A stretch of DNA of 56,642 nucleotides, taken from contig CAYLMV010000002.1 of the NCBI GenBank assembly GCA_964384415.1, positions 24,389-81,030 on the forward strand, read 5' to 3'. Shown in pieces: positions 19,374-28,556 of this stretch. Source of the DNA: an uncultured Chitinophagaceae bacterium. GTDB taxonomy: Bacteria; Bacteroidota; Ignavibacteria; UBA10030; UBA8401. The notes beneath the pieces are model-generated. The model saw nothing but the letters and a program-made list of their open reading frames with translations, ran no database searches and had not been told where the DNA came from. A program made the position numbers and the translations under genes. Within the stretch, counting starts at the first letter, position 1. The number at the start of each line of letters is the position of its first letter.

Positions 19374-19533
19374 AATTAAAAGTTAAAAGTGCAAAAGGTA
19401 AAGGTAGAGTGAAGAGTTCAAAGTGGCCACTCAATTCTGTAATCGTGCAGACGCTCTCCATAACGCGGCAGGCGTGCTTCCCACTTTGAACTTTGGACTT
19501 TAACTTTGCCTTTTGCATTTTGAATTTTGAATT
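19374..19533. repeat. 53-bp heptamer-periodic inverted repeat around a 54-nt core
   Basis: Arm 19374-19426 matches the reverse complement of 19481-19533 at 43/53 with no gaps. Confidence 0.9.
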
Positions 19534-19537
19534 CCCG

Positions 19538-22045
19538 TCACGCCTTCCAGTATAAGAAATCCTTCAGGTCCGAAAGTTGCGTCGGATCGATCCCCCGGCG
19601 CCCTCCGAAGACGAACCTGTTCTCGCCCCGCCGGATTCTCGCCGTGTTCGGGCGGGAATTCTTCTTCGCGGCGATATCCTGGAGTGCCGCAAAAAGAAGA
19701 CTCTGCAATTCGGTCCGGTCGATCGTGGCCCCCTTTTCCGCCGCGCGAGTCTTCGTCATTTCGGAGACGATATGGTCGATGCCGAGTTCGGCGTAGGCAT
19801 CTTCCTGAGACGGGAATTTGGAGACGGCCGTCGCAAAGGAATTCACCGTTGCCTGATGATCGCCGCCGAGGTATTGCAGCAGCCCCATATTCAGGTCGAT
19901 ACCGCCGTCTTTGTTGTCGGCGTCGAGAGCCGCCGCATACGATTTGTAGGCGTTCGCCGAATCGCCCTGCAGCAGATAGATGTTGCCGAGGTTGTTCTTG
20001 GTCGATGCGCCCGACAGGCTCTTCAGAGTTGAAATTGCTTCGCTGTAGCGGCCGCTGTTTGCGAGATACATCGCGGCAAGGTTGAGCGATTTCTCATCCC
20101 CAAGTTGTTTGAGGCTTGCAACTTTTTGATCGAGCATCTCGCCGTTTATTCTGGCAACGTTTTTCAAGTCAGCGTTCATCAGCGCACTCACTTTTTCGGC
20201 CGGCGGCGCCTCGGAGGGTTTGGCGTTTACTCCAAGATTCGCCGGAGGAAACTGCTCCCATGCCTCGCGGACGTCGATGATATCGAGTCTACCCTGCGCA
20301 TCGGAGATTCTGTAGTAACCGTCCGCAGCCAGCCTCCACGCTTCGACAAACGGATGGTTGATGATCGTGGTCTCGAGGGGAATCCACACCGTATTGTTCC
20401 TCACGACATAGTCCTTCGGGTTCAGGCTGATTCTTGAGGCATTCTTCTTGTTGACACCCGTGTCAAAGATAATGAAGACATGGTCGGATGTTCCGACAAG
20501 GGCCGTGCGGATACCGATATTTTCCAGACAGGCCGCCAATAGCACGGAACTGCCGCTGCAGTTTGCGGTATGATTCGCGAGTGTCTCGCGGGGATACTGA
20601 ATGTCGTCAAGCAAATCCGCATCGGCGACCCGCCACGGCGCACTGACGTAGTTGATCGAAAATGCGCGGATGGCTTCCCACACGGCCATCGCGTTCAGAA
20701 CATTTTTCGGCGCTCCTTCAACGAGCGTCTGATCGTATTTTACAGAGCCGAGAACATAGCGCGAAAAATTCTTAACCGCCTCGTCGTTCGAAGTGATGAA
20801 CGCGCCGACGGAATTGGGGCGCGACCAGGTGATCGACGTTCGGCTGTACACCGTCACCGGCTTCACCAGGCTCCTGGACTTCTGCTCCCCGCCAAGCGTG
20901 TACGTCAATTCCGCCTTGATCTGAGCGACCGTATTCTCATTGATCGCGAGCATCTGCTTCGCATCAAGCGTCACTGAAACAGGGAACGTCTCCTTGGAAG
21001 AGGCTTTTAGGAGAGGGATCACCTGTTCCGAAGGAAGCTGCATATAATTCGGCACGAAGAAGCTTGCCTTCACGTTGTTGATATCGGTCTTGCCGGTGTT
21101 TTCGATGGTGATCTGTCCGATTGGATGGTAGGCGTAATAATTGTAGGCAGACGGGAAAATGTTCTCAACTTTGAATTCCGAGATCTCCAGAGCGTTTGGC
21201 ACCGCATAACTCACTTTCGCTTTCGTTCCCGTCACCTTCGTATTGACGTCGATGCGGTTTCCGGTGAACGATTCGACTTTGTACTCCGGCATCGAAGAGA
21301 ATTGCTTCCGTAGATCGTCGATCGATCCACGAATCCATGCATCCATGACGGCCGCATCGCCTTCCATGTACCGGAGTTTCATTTTCTGGATCATCGGGAT
21401 CTTGCCGGGGAGGTCCTGTTCGATCTTCATCAGCGACGCGTCGTTCACTCCAAGAAGCGCGAGCTGAATGGCGACTGGCTTCTCTTTCGCCTCCTTCAGG
21501 TTTTTCGCGACCTTTGCCACCAGGTCGTCTGCCAGGATTCCACCCAGTTCATCGAGAGCCTTGGACGCGGCCTGCGATTTGCCCTGGGACGCCTTTTTTG
21601 CGGTGGCGCTTGCGACAGCGAGAATGTCCCCGGTATCTGTGATGATCACCTTCACTTCGCCATCGGCGGTATACTCGACCGTTTTTATTCCGTAGGTCTC
21701 TCTCTCTTCACCGAACACAGCTTGCGCGCCGCCGGCGATAATCAATTCGGCTCCGAAGCGTCTTCCGAGCTCCTTTGCTTTCGTCGGATTGAGATCGCCG
21801 AGGGAGAGATCCCGGGCTCGCACCGATTCGAACTGCGATTTGTCGACAAGCCGGTAGCCTTTTGCGAGAAAGGCGCTTTCAATTTTTCCTGTAACCTTCT
21901 GCGCCGTGGCGTCTTTGTCGTCTATCTTCTCATCGACGACGACCATGATGCGCGGCATGTCGGAGTCTTGTGCCGCCACGCGGCTCGTGGAGGCAAATGT
22001 TGCCATGATAGATAAAATGAGTAGAAGGGTCATCACTCGTTTCAT
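19538..22045 (-). CDS. Exported protein: FlgT/CsgG-like N-domain, Ig-like domain, transglutaminase-like domain, TPRs
   Basis: Signal peptide; KIESAFLAKGYRLVD...AKELGRRFGAELII; ANCSGSSVLLAACLENIG...DHVF; C-terminal NNLGNIY/LNMGLL TPR pattern. Confidence 0.72.
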   Translation of the reverse strand: MKRVMTLLLILSIMATFASTSRVAAQDSDMPRIMVVVDEKIDDKDATAQKVTGKIESAFLAKGYRLVDKSQFESVRARDLSLGDLNPTKAKELGRRFGAELIIAGGAQAVFGEERETYGIKTVEYTADGEVKVIITDTGDILAVASATAKKASQGKSQAASKALDELGGILADDLVAKVAKNLKEAKEKPVAIQLALLGVNDASLMKIEQDLPGKIPMIQKMKLRYMEGDAAVMDAWIRGSIDDLRKQFSSMPEYKVESFTGNRIDVNTKVTGTKAKVSYAVPNALEISEFKVENIFPSAYNYYAYHPIGQITIENTGKTDINNVKASFFVPNYMQLPSEQVIPLLKASSKETFPVSVTLDAKQMLAINENTVAQIKAELTYTLGGEQKSRSLVKPVTVYSRTSITWSRPNSVGAFITSNDEAVKNFSRYVLGSVKYDQTLVEGAPKNVLNAMAVWEAIRAFSINYVSAPWRVADADLLDDIQYPRETLANHTANCSGSSVLLAACLENIGIRTALVGTSDHVFIIFDTGVNKKNASRISLNPKDYVVRNNTVWIPLETTIINHPFVEAWRLAADGYYRISDAQGRLDIIDVREAWEQFPPANLGVNAKPSEAPPAEKVSALMNADLKNVARINGEMLDQKVASLKQLGDEKSLNLAAMYLANSGRYSEAISTLKSLSGASTKNNLGNIYLLQGDSANAYKSYAAALDADNKDGGIDLNMGLLQYLGGDHQATVNSFATAVSKFPSQEDAYAELGIDHIVSEMTKTRAAEKGATIDRTELQSLLFAALQDIAAKKNSRPNTARIRRGENRFVFGGRRGIDPTQLSDLKDFLYWKA

Positions 22046-22112
22046 AGGTGGATCTCCTTAAAACGTGAGCGTTGCATTTCAATGATACTCTTTGAGTGCT
22101 TCGGGGCATTCC

Positions 22113-22895
22113 CTATTTCGTTTCTTTCTTCATTTTGGTGATCAGAACCGCCAGCTCTTCCACCTTCTGCTTCGCCGGTTCATAGCCGTTGGATTCATCC
22201 CAGGCTTTCTGATACATGGATTTCGCGCTTTCGAACGCCGCAATCGCATCGGCATGCTTGCCTTGCTTCTCCAGTTTACGGCCGTTGTCTTCGGTGTCGA
22301 GTGCCTGGGCGTACGTCACATACCCGTTGAATTTTCCATCCTTCGAAGCTTCAAGTTCGTTTTCTTCTCCCTTGCTCAGTTTCACCTCGAGGTCGTCCGA
22401 AATCTTCTTGACGAGAGATTTGAGCATCGTCAGAAACTGATCGAGGTCTCCCGTCTCCTCTTCCGCATTCAGAGTAACGCCCGTTTCCGTCGCCACGATT
22501 CTCGCGTCGATGCGGAGCTTGTCGCCAAAAAGGTTTGAGAAGCCGCCGAACAACAGCACCTTCGCTCCGAGCAGCTTTCCCATCTTTTGTGATGTCCCTT
22601 TGTCGACGAGATCCGTTTCGCCCAGGTTCAGCTCTTCGACGACCGATTGAATCCGCTGCCGTTCCACAACTTTCAGCCCTTTGATCTTGGACATCTCGGT
22701 AATCAGCATGTCCGCCAGCCCCTTTTTCAAAGGGTCGAGTTTATCCTTATCCACAACGCTGTTATTTTCAAAATAGAGAATCGCAATCGTCTGCTGGGGT
22801 GCTTCCTGCGCAGGAAGTTCCGCCGCACACATGCTCATTAGCAAAACAACCAACACTGCCCATCGAACAAGGCGACTTTTATCACTCTGATTCAT
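22113..22895 (-). CDS. CsgG/HfaB-like exported protein with C-terminal helical/TPR region
   Basis: TIAILYFEN...LDPLKKGLADMLITEMSK...VVERQRI...GKLLGAK; signal peptide. Confidence 0.78.
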   Translation of the reverse strand: MNQSDKSRLVRWAVLVVLLMSMCAAELPAQEAPQQTIAILYFENNSVVDKDKLDPLKKGLADMLITEMSKIKGLKVVERQRIQSVVEELNLGETDLVDKGTSQKMGKLLGAKVLLFGGFSNLFGDKLRIDARIVATETGVTLNAEEETGDLDQFLTMLKSLVKKISDDLEVKLSKGEENELEASKDGKFNGYVTYAQALDTEDNGRKLEKQGKHADAIAAFESAKSMYQKAWDESNGYEPAKQKVEELAVLITKMKKETK

Positions 22896-22941
22896 AAATG
22901 TATCCTTCCAGATGATGAGATAATGAGAACCTACATTCTGC

Positions 22942-24108
22942 TCAAAACTGCACGCGCCCGCTTCCGCCGAATTCGATGCCGGTGACGTTGTTCTTTATGT
23001 TCTCGATCACAACGCTTCCGATGCCGTACTTGGCGTCGAACGCGAGTCCGAACCAGGAGGCAAGCGTGAACCCGACTTCCCCCCCGATCAACGCGAGCTG
23101 CGCTTTGCCGGTTTCATAGATACCGACTCCGAATGGAATCTGATCTCCGGTATGGTATTTCCCCTGCAAGATCCCCGAAAGAGCGCACCACTGCACCGGA
23201 AACCAGGATGCGGTGTACTGAATTTCATAGTGCTGCGAACTTTTGTAACTTTCGGCGGCCCCCGAATTGTACAGCTTGCTCTGAGTGCGCAGGCGCGTCC
23301 TGAATTGAATCAGGTGCGTTATCGGACCCCACTTGAGCGAATAGACGGCAAGGGTCATAAACCGCAGCCCGGACTGAATGAAATTTTGACCGTTGAGCTT
23401 GTCGGGAAGATAGTTCGTAGCCGTGAGGTCGAGCGAGATTCTCTCTGTCTTCGAAAAAGTCATGTAGTCCAGTCCGGCGTTCACCGAAATCTCATCTCCG
23501 GGATCGTACTTGTCGCTGAACCCAGTTATCGAGGCGGGCTGGTATTCGCCTTTATAGACGTACGAAGTTCCGAAGCCGAAAATGAGACGCCGCTGGGCCG
23601 CGTAGGCGTACGCGAGGCCGAGATTCGCGTTCGTTCCCTGGCCGAAAACGGGAACGCGATAGTCGAAGGCGGATTCCGAGAGAATCGTCGCGACAGAAAG
23701 CTCGTTTTGAGTCAGTTTCGTAATTCCGGTCGGGAGGCTCGCCCCCCCGTTGATCCAGACCCGGTCGCCGGGAACGACATACGAGAAGCCGAGTCTCGTG
23801 TCTGTGATGCCCTGAAGTTTCAGCGAGTCGAGCGTTGAGAGCGCCGGAGCGTTCGCGACCGTAATGAGAATCCTGTTGGAGAGCGGTACCGAAAGCGACA
23901 CCGGCGCCGATTGTTCGAGTACGGTCCCTTCGTTCTTCAATTTCCACTCCTGCTGCCATCCTCCCATCGTAAAGCCGGTCAAACCGCGGAACAGAAGCCG
24001 CTCGTCATATTTCGGCCCTTGCAGCTGTGCGCACAACCGTTCGTTCAGAAATCCGAACAATGCCGTTGCCAGCATCCAGCAGAAAATATGTCGTGCGTAT
24101 TTATTCAC
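22942..24108 (-). CDS. Putative outer-membrane beta-barrel protein
   Basis: Signal peptide, alternating aromatic/Gly beta-strand pattern, C-terminal Phe (GRVQF). Confidence 0.65.
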   Translation of the reverse strand: MNKYARHIFCWMLATALFGFLNERLCAQLQGPKYDERLLFRGLTGFTMGGWQQEWKLKNEGTVLEQSAPVSLSVPLSNRILITVANAPALSTLDSLKLQGITDTRLGFSYVVPGDRVWINGGASLPTGITKLTQNELSVATILSESAFDYRVPVFGQGTNANLGLAYAYAAQRRLIFGFGTSYVYKGEYQPASITGFSDKYDPGDEISVNAGLDYMTFSKTERISLDLTATNYLPDKLNGQNFIQSGLRFMTLAVYSLKWGPITHLIQFRTRLRTQSKLYNSGAAESYKSSQHYEIQYTASWFPVQWCALSGILQGKYHTGDQIPFGVGIYETGKAQLALIGGEVGFTLASWFGLAFDAKYGIGSVVIENIKNNVTGIEFGGSGRVQF

Positions 24109-24131
24109 CAGGGTTCAATTCCGGAGTTGGA

Positions 24132-27100
24132 TCATTTGAGGAAAACAAGTTTTCTCACCGCGCTGAATTCCTCTGTCCGCATTCTGCAAAAATATATCCC
24201 GCTCGCATTCTTTTCCCCTTTGTCGTTGCTTCCATCCCACACTGCCGAATAACTCCCGATCTTCCGATCTCCTTCGACGAGTGTTTTGACCTTCTGACCG
24301 AGAAGGCTAAAGATACTGATCTCCACATGAGCGCTGTGACCCAGCGTGTATTGAATCGTTGTCGAGGGATTGAATGGGTTTGGAAAATTCTGTTCCAGCG
24401 AGTAAGCGACAGGAATGACCGGAATCCCGTTTGTATTCTTCGAGACATAGTCGCTCGTCCCCACGACCAGCCGGAATACCCGGTCGGTCTCATTCTTGTT
24501 GAACTTGAAATTGTAGGAGAGAGCGGAACCGATATCCGCTACCCGTTCGGTGGACATATCGACCAGCATCATCTCAAAGCCAGACGGAATATTTCCGGCC
24601 CGTTCGAACTGAACAGCCACAGCGGCTTCTGACTTTGCCGACGCGATGTCGAAGTCCCAGTAATTTCCATCCTCATGAACCGACCGAAAATCTCCGGCGT
24701 ACCTTCCAGGGTTGGTCTTCCAATCCCCGTGGTTAAAGGACAGCATCAGGTATCCCGTCGGAGCCGGGGGAGGTTCTGAAAAATCGTTAACGTCCCAAGC
24801 ATCGCTCGCAGAGCGCAATACGCCCGCCACATTGCTGTTGTCGCTCGCGGTCCCGTCTGTAGCCCGAATGTCAACCTGCCATTCGCCCTGGGCAAATGTG
24901 CGTTCGGTTGAACTCAATTTCGGCAGCGCTCCTGGGGACGAGATGTCGGCTGGATTGATATAGACGGTGACGCCGTTCCGGAGGCTCTTGAGGAAGTAGC
25001 CCGTGAAAGGTTCCATGACGTTCGACTCTTGCTGAAATCCATTTCCGTCGAAACGCCAGAGCCACGACTCGACGGAATCGGGCGTCGGACGTCGTGAGTT
25101 CGCCCAGCTCACCTCGTACGGGAAAGGATTTCCGATTAAGTTGTATCCAGAGTCGAGCTGGATGGGGAAGAAATCCTGCGCCGTTGAAGCAGCCGCTGAG
25201 CCGAGCGTGAGCGTTTGCGATCCTTTTGTGATGAGCCAGTATCCTTCTCCCCGCTTGAACGAGAGAAATCCGGGACTTGGAAACTCCAGGTATTCAGCGC
25301 CATCCCAGCGCCCGTAGAGCCTCCATTTGGTGATATCGACGCTCCCCAGATCTTTGAGTACATCCAGAATACTGGCGTCGGCGAGGTCGTACGGGATGCT
25401 GATGATCTGATACTGATTGCTCGGAGTTGGCTTCGGAACTTTGACCGTATAATTCGATGTGTAGCCAAAAACATTGAGCGCAAACTGAAGATTCTTTCCG
25501 GCCAGAATTCCCATCAATGGATTCAGCGCCGGGTCACTGCTGTTAATATCCGACCAGAGATCCAGGTCCCCGATCAGCAAAATCCTTCCCTTCCCAATCT
25601 GGCTCATCGCGGCTACGACAGGCTGGAGAATTTTGTGCTGGGTGGAGTCGCTCGTGAGCCCGAATGAGACGGGACTGCCTTTCAGAAATGGTACGGCATT
25701 AGCGGAGACATTAATGCTCGATCCGCCAAAAAACACAAGCGTGTCAATTCCTTTCAGGAAGGGATGTGTGGGATCGACAAATGCCGAGAAGGCCGGTGAA
25801 GCCGGAGAGCCGAGATCATTATGGGAGTAATCGTACACCACATCGCCGTTCAAGGCAAGCCCTGTAGAGTCGTAGGGTGGATCCACAACCCACTGGTAGT
25901 TAGCGAGCAATTTATTGATGATATCGTTTCCGGGCGACTTTCCCGAATCGCCGAGCATGACGACAAATCCGCCGTTGAGGACATATTGTTGAAGACGGTT
26001 TTCTTCGAAGGGCGTATATCCCGTTGCAGGCGCTGCGATAACGATTGCGTCGTACGGAGCGGCGAGGGGATCGAACGGCGTGACGCCCTGCAGAACAACC
26101 ATCCCACTTCCCTGGAGCGCCTTGATGAATTGAGAGAAATATTGTGAGATGGAACCTGCGGGGATGTTTGAAGAAAGTCCATGGGTTGTTTCAAGCAATA
26201 TTGTCCGCGCCACTGCGGCTTTCGCGACGCTCGTTCCCTGAACTTTCACGACTAAGGTCGGCGCCGTCGGATCGGTCGAAGTGAAGGTGAGGGCAGCTTG
26301 AAGCGCACCCGAAGTTTTCGGCATAAACTGGATCGTAAATGATCCGGTACTGCCGGGGTCGACAGAGAGCGGTGCTGCCCCGCCGATGACGGAAAAATCC
26401 GGTGAACCGGTGAAGCCTGTATACGAAATCGTAACAGCCTGCAGCCCCGCATTCCTGAATGTAACCGTTTGGGTGGATGATGCGCCGACGTTCATGGTGC
26501 CAAAATCTAAACTGCTCTGCAGCAAGGTGACGGAGGTGCCAAAATCCACTTTTGTCACTCCGCGATTGCTTCCAATAAACAACACTCCCTGGGCGTACCC
26601 GCCCGTTCCAATTGAAAAGTATGAGGTACTGGAGTCGCCGCCGAGTTTATTCCACGTGACCCCGGCGTCCGAGCTTCTCTGTATTCCTGACGGCCCATCG
26701 CAAATAAGCATGGAAGAATTGCTCGTGTCTATGACGATGTCGAATGCTGGTATTCCCAGGGAATTCCAGTTGGCGCCTCCGTCTGTCGTTCTGAACACTG
26801 AGAAAGGATTTGAACCGGCGATCGTTGGCAGGTACATGACATTTGCGTTCTTCGGATCGACACGCGGATGAATTCCAAGAAGCGGGTAAAGGGTCCCGCC
26901 AACCGTCACGTTCGGCGGCAGATTCCCGCCCTTCGCCGTCCATGTTTTTCCCAAGTCGGTCGACTTCCAAACGCCATTGGCCGAAAAATAAACGGTTGTC
27001 GGACTGATAGGATCAAACTCGATATTCTCGATCAGGTTTGACTGCAGGACTTTCTGTGGTGCCGTCAGCGCATTCCATGTCACGCCGGCATCCGTGCTGC

Positions 27101-28544
27101 TCATGAAATCCCCCGTGAGCGCACAGACCAGAAGATTACGAGAATCAACGGGCGACACTCTGATCGTGCCGTCCTCGGAGTTATTGTTGAACGGCGAGAG
27201 AGAATCGTGCGGGATGTTCTGTATCGATAGCTTTTGCCACGTCTTTGCGGTGTCGGCACTCTTGTAAAGTCCGTAGACACTCCCGGCGTAGAGAGCATTG
27301 CTGTTCTTGGGGTCCGCAACGATTGCCCGGATGTACGGATTTTCCAGACCAGAGTTTGCCGGAATCCATGTCGTTCCGCCGTTGGTGGATTTAAATATGC
27401 CGCCGCCGTAAACTCCGGCAAAGAGATTGCCGGGGTTCGAATTCATCACTGCAATTGTACGGACAAAAGCATTGTTGAATCCGATGTTCTGTCGCGACCA
27501 CGACGCCCCGCCATCATAGCTGATATAGATTCCGTCGGAGGTTGCCAGATAGATTTTTTTGGGATTCGAAGCCGGAACGAAAATTGAATTCACATCGACT
27601 GCCGCTTTGAACAGCGATTCCCAAGACACGCCGGAATCCGTCGAGCGATAGAGTCCGCCGCGAATTGGCTGCGGCGAAGACGTCCACTCGTTTCCGTTGG
27701 TTCCGAGATAGATTGTGTCGGTCGAAGCACTGCCGAACGCAAGCGAGGATTGCACCACCGGATCATCGAGGAACGCTCCGGCGATCGGTGTCCATGGAAT
27801 GCCCCCCGGACAAAAATACTCGCCGGCAGCAGTCCCGGCAAACAGCCCCACTCCGGTGATGAACAAGAGTGAATGAACACGAAGCGAGTTGCCCGACAGC
27901 CCGTTGTTATTGACGAACGAGGTCCAATTGTTTCCCCCGTCACTTGTCCTGTAGACCCCGGCATTATCCGTACCGGCATAGGCGATAACCGCGCCCGCCT
28001 GGCTGGCCGGGTCGATTACGATTGCGGTAACTACAGCGGTCGTCGGCAGTCCGCCGGAAACCGAAATCCATGTGCGTCCGGCATCGATGCTCTTTGTTAC
28101 GCCGTTGCCTCCCTGCGCCTGCGAACGCACGTCGGAAGCATAGACGACGGAATCAAGCGAAGGATGGATTGCAATGGCGGCGGTGGGATTCGAGAGGCTC
28201 GTCAACGACCAGTTCGATCCCCCGTTGATGCTCACAAACAATCCCTGGTTCGTGGCGGCATAGACAAGGCTCTGGTTCTTCGGATCGAACACCATGCCGT
28301 TCACTTGAACCGAGCCGGTGAGCGTGTGCGACCAGCTCGAGCCGCCGTCGGATGAGGCATAGACGCCGTCGGAACGAGTACCAACGAGGACAACCGCGTC
28401 GTTCGCATTGCCGCGGATGACGTCGGCAATTCCCCCGTCAGGCCCGATGGCAGAAACTCCCGTCCCCTGCGCGAAGAGGGGTTGGAACGATGAGAGTGCA
28501 ATGAAGAAAAACAGAACGAAGTTATTTCGTAACAAAAGTTTCAT
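24132..28544 (-). CDS. Large T9SS type A sorted protein: BNR/sortilin-like propellers, ASH/choice-of-anchor D Ig domain, GldG/IFT52 (GIFT)-like domain, FlgD-like CTD
   Basis: S-DGG-SW repeats; LDFGTMNVGASSTQTVTFRNAG; YDAIVIAAP...LQQYVLNGGFVVMLGD...RILLIGD; QNFPNPFNPST...WDGSNDKG. Confidence 0.85.
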   Translation of the reverse strand: MKLLLRNNFVLFFFIALSSFQPLFAQGTGVSAIGPDGGIADVIRGNANDAVVLVGTRSDGVYASSDGGSSWSHTLTGSVQVNGMVFDPKNQSLVYAATNQGLFVSINGGSNWSLTSLSNPTAAIAIHPSLDSVVYASDVRSQAQGGNGVTKSIDAGRTWISVSGGLPTTAVVTAIVIDPASQAGAVIAYAGTDNAGVYRTSDGGNNWTSFVNNNGLSGNSLRVHSLLFITGVGLFAGTAAGEYFCPGGIPWTPIAGAFLDDPVVQSSLAFGSASTDTIYLGTNGNEWTSSPQPIRGGLYRSTDSGVSWESLFKAAVDVNSIFVPASNPKKIYLATSDGIYISYDGGASWSRQNIGFNNAFVRTIAVMNSNPGNLFAGVYGGGIFKSTNGGTTWIPANSGLENPYIRAIVADPKNSNALYAGSVYGLYKSADTAKTWQKLSIQNIPHDSLSPFNNNSEDGTIRVSPVDSRNLLVCALTGDFMSSTDAGVTWNALTAPQKVLQSNLIENIEFDPISPTTVYFSANGVWKSTDLGKTWTAKGGNLPPNVTVGGTLYPLLGIHPRVDPKNANVMYLPTIAGSNPFSVFRTTDGGANWNSLGIPAFDIVIDTSNSSMLICDGPSGIQRSSDAGVTWNKLGGDSSTSYFSIGTGGYAQGVLFIGSNRGVTKVDFGTSVTLLQSSLDFGTMNVGASSTQTVTFRNAGLQAVTISYTGFTGSPDFSVIGGAAPLSVDPGSTGSFTIQFMPKTSGALQAALTFTSTDPTAPTLVVKVQGTSVAKAAVARTILLETTHGLSSNIPAGSISQYFSQFIKALQGSGMVVLQGVTPFDPLAAPYDAIVIAAPATGYTPFEENRLQQYVLNGGFVVMLGDSGKSPGNDIINKLLANYQWVVDPPYDSTGLALNGDVVYDYSHNDLGSPASPAFSAFVDPTHPFLKGIDTLVFFGGSSINVSANAVPFLKGSPVSFGLTSDSTQHKILQPVVAAMSQIGKGRILLIGDLDLWSDINSSDPALNPLMGILAGKNLQFALNVFGYTSNYTVKVPKPTPSNQYQIISIPYDLADASILDVLKDLGSVDITKWRLYGRWDGAEYLEFPSPGFLSFKRGEGYWLITKGSQTLTLGSAAASTAQDFFPIQLDSGYNLIGNPFPYEVSWANSRRPTPDSVESWLWRFDGNGFQQESNVMEPFTGYFLKSLRNGVTVYINPADISSPGALPKLSSTERTFAQGEWQVDIRATDGTASDNSNVAGVLRSASDAWDVNDFSEPPPAPTGYLMLSFNHGDWKTNPGRYAGDFRSVHEDGNYWDFDIASAKSEAAVAVQFERAGNIPSGFEMMLVDMSTERVADIGSALSYNFKFNKNETDRVFRLVVGTSDYVSKNTNGIPVIPVAYSLEQNFPNPFNPSTTIQYTLGHSAHVEISIFSLLGQKVKTLVEGDRKIGSYSAVWDGSNDKGEKNASGIYFCRMRTEEFSAVRKLVFLK

Positions 28545-28556
28545 TCAATCCTGATT

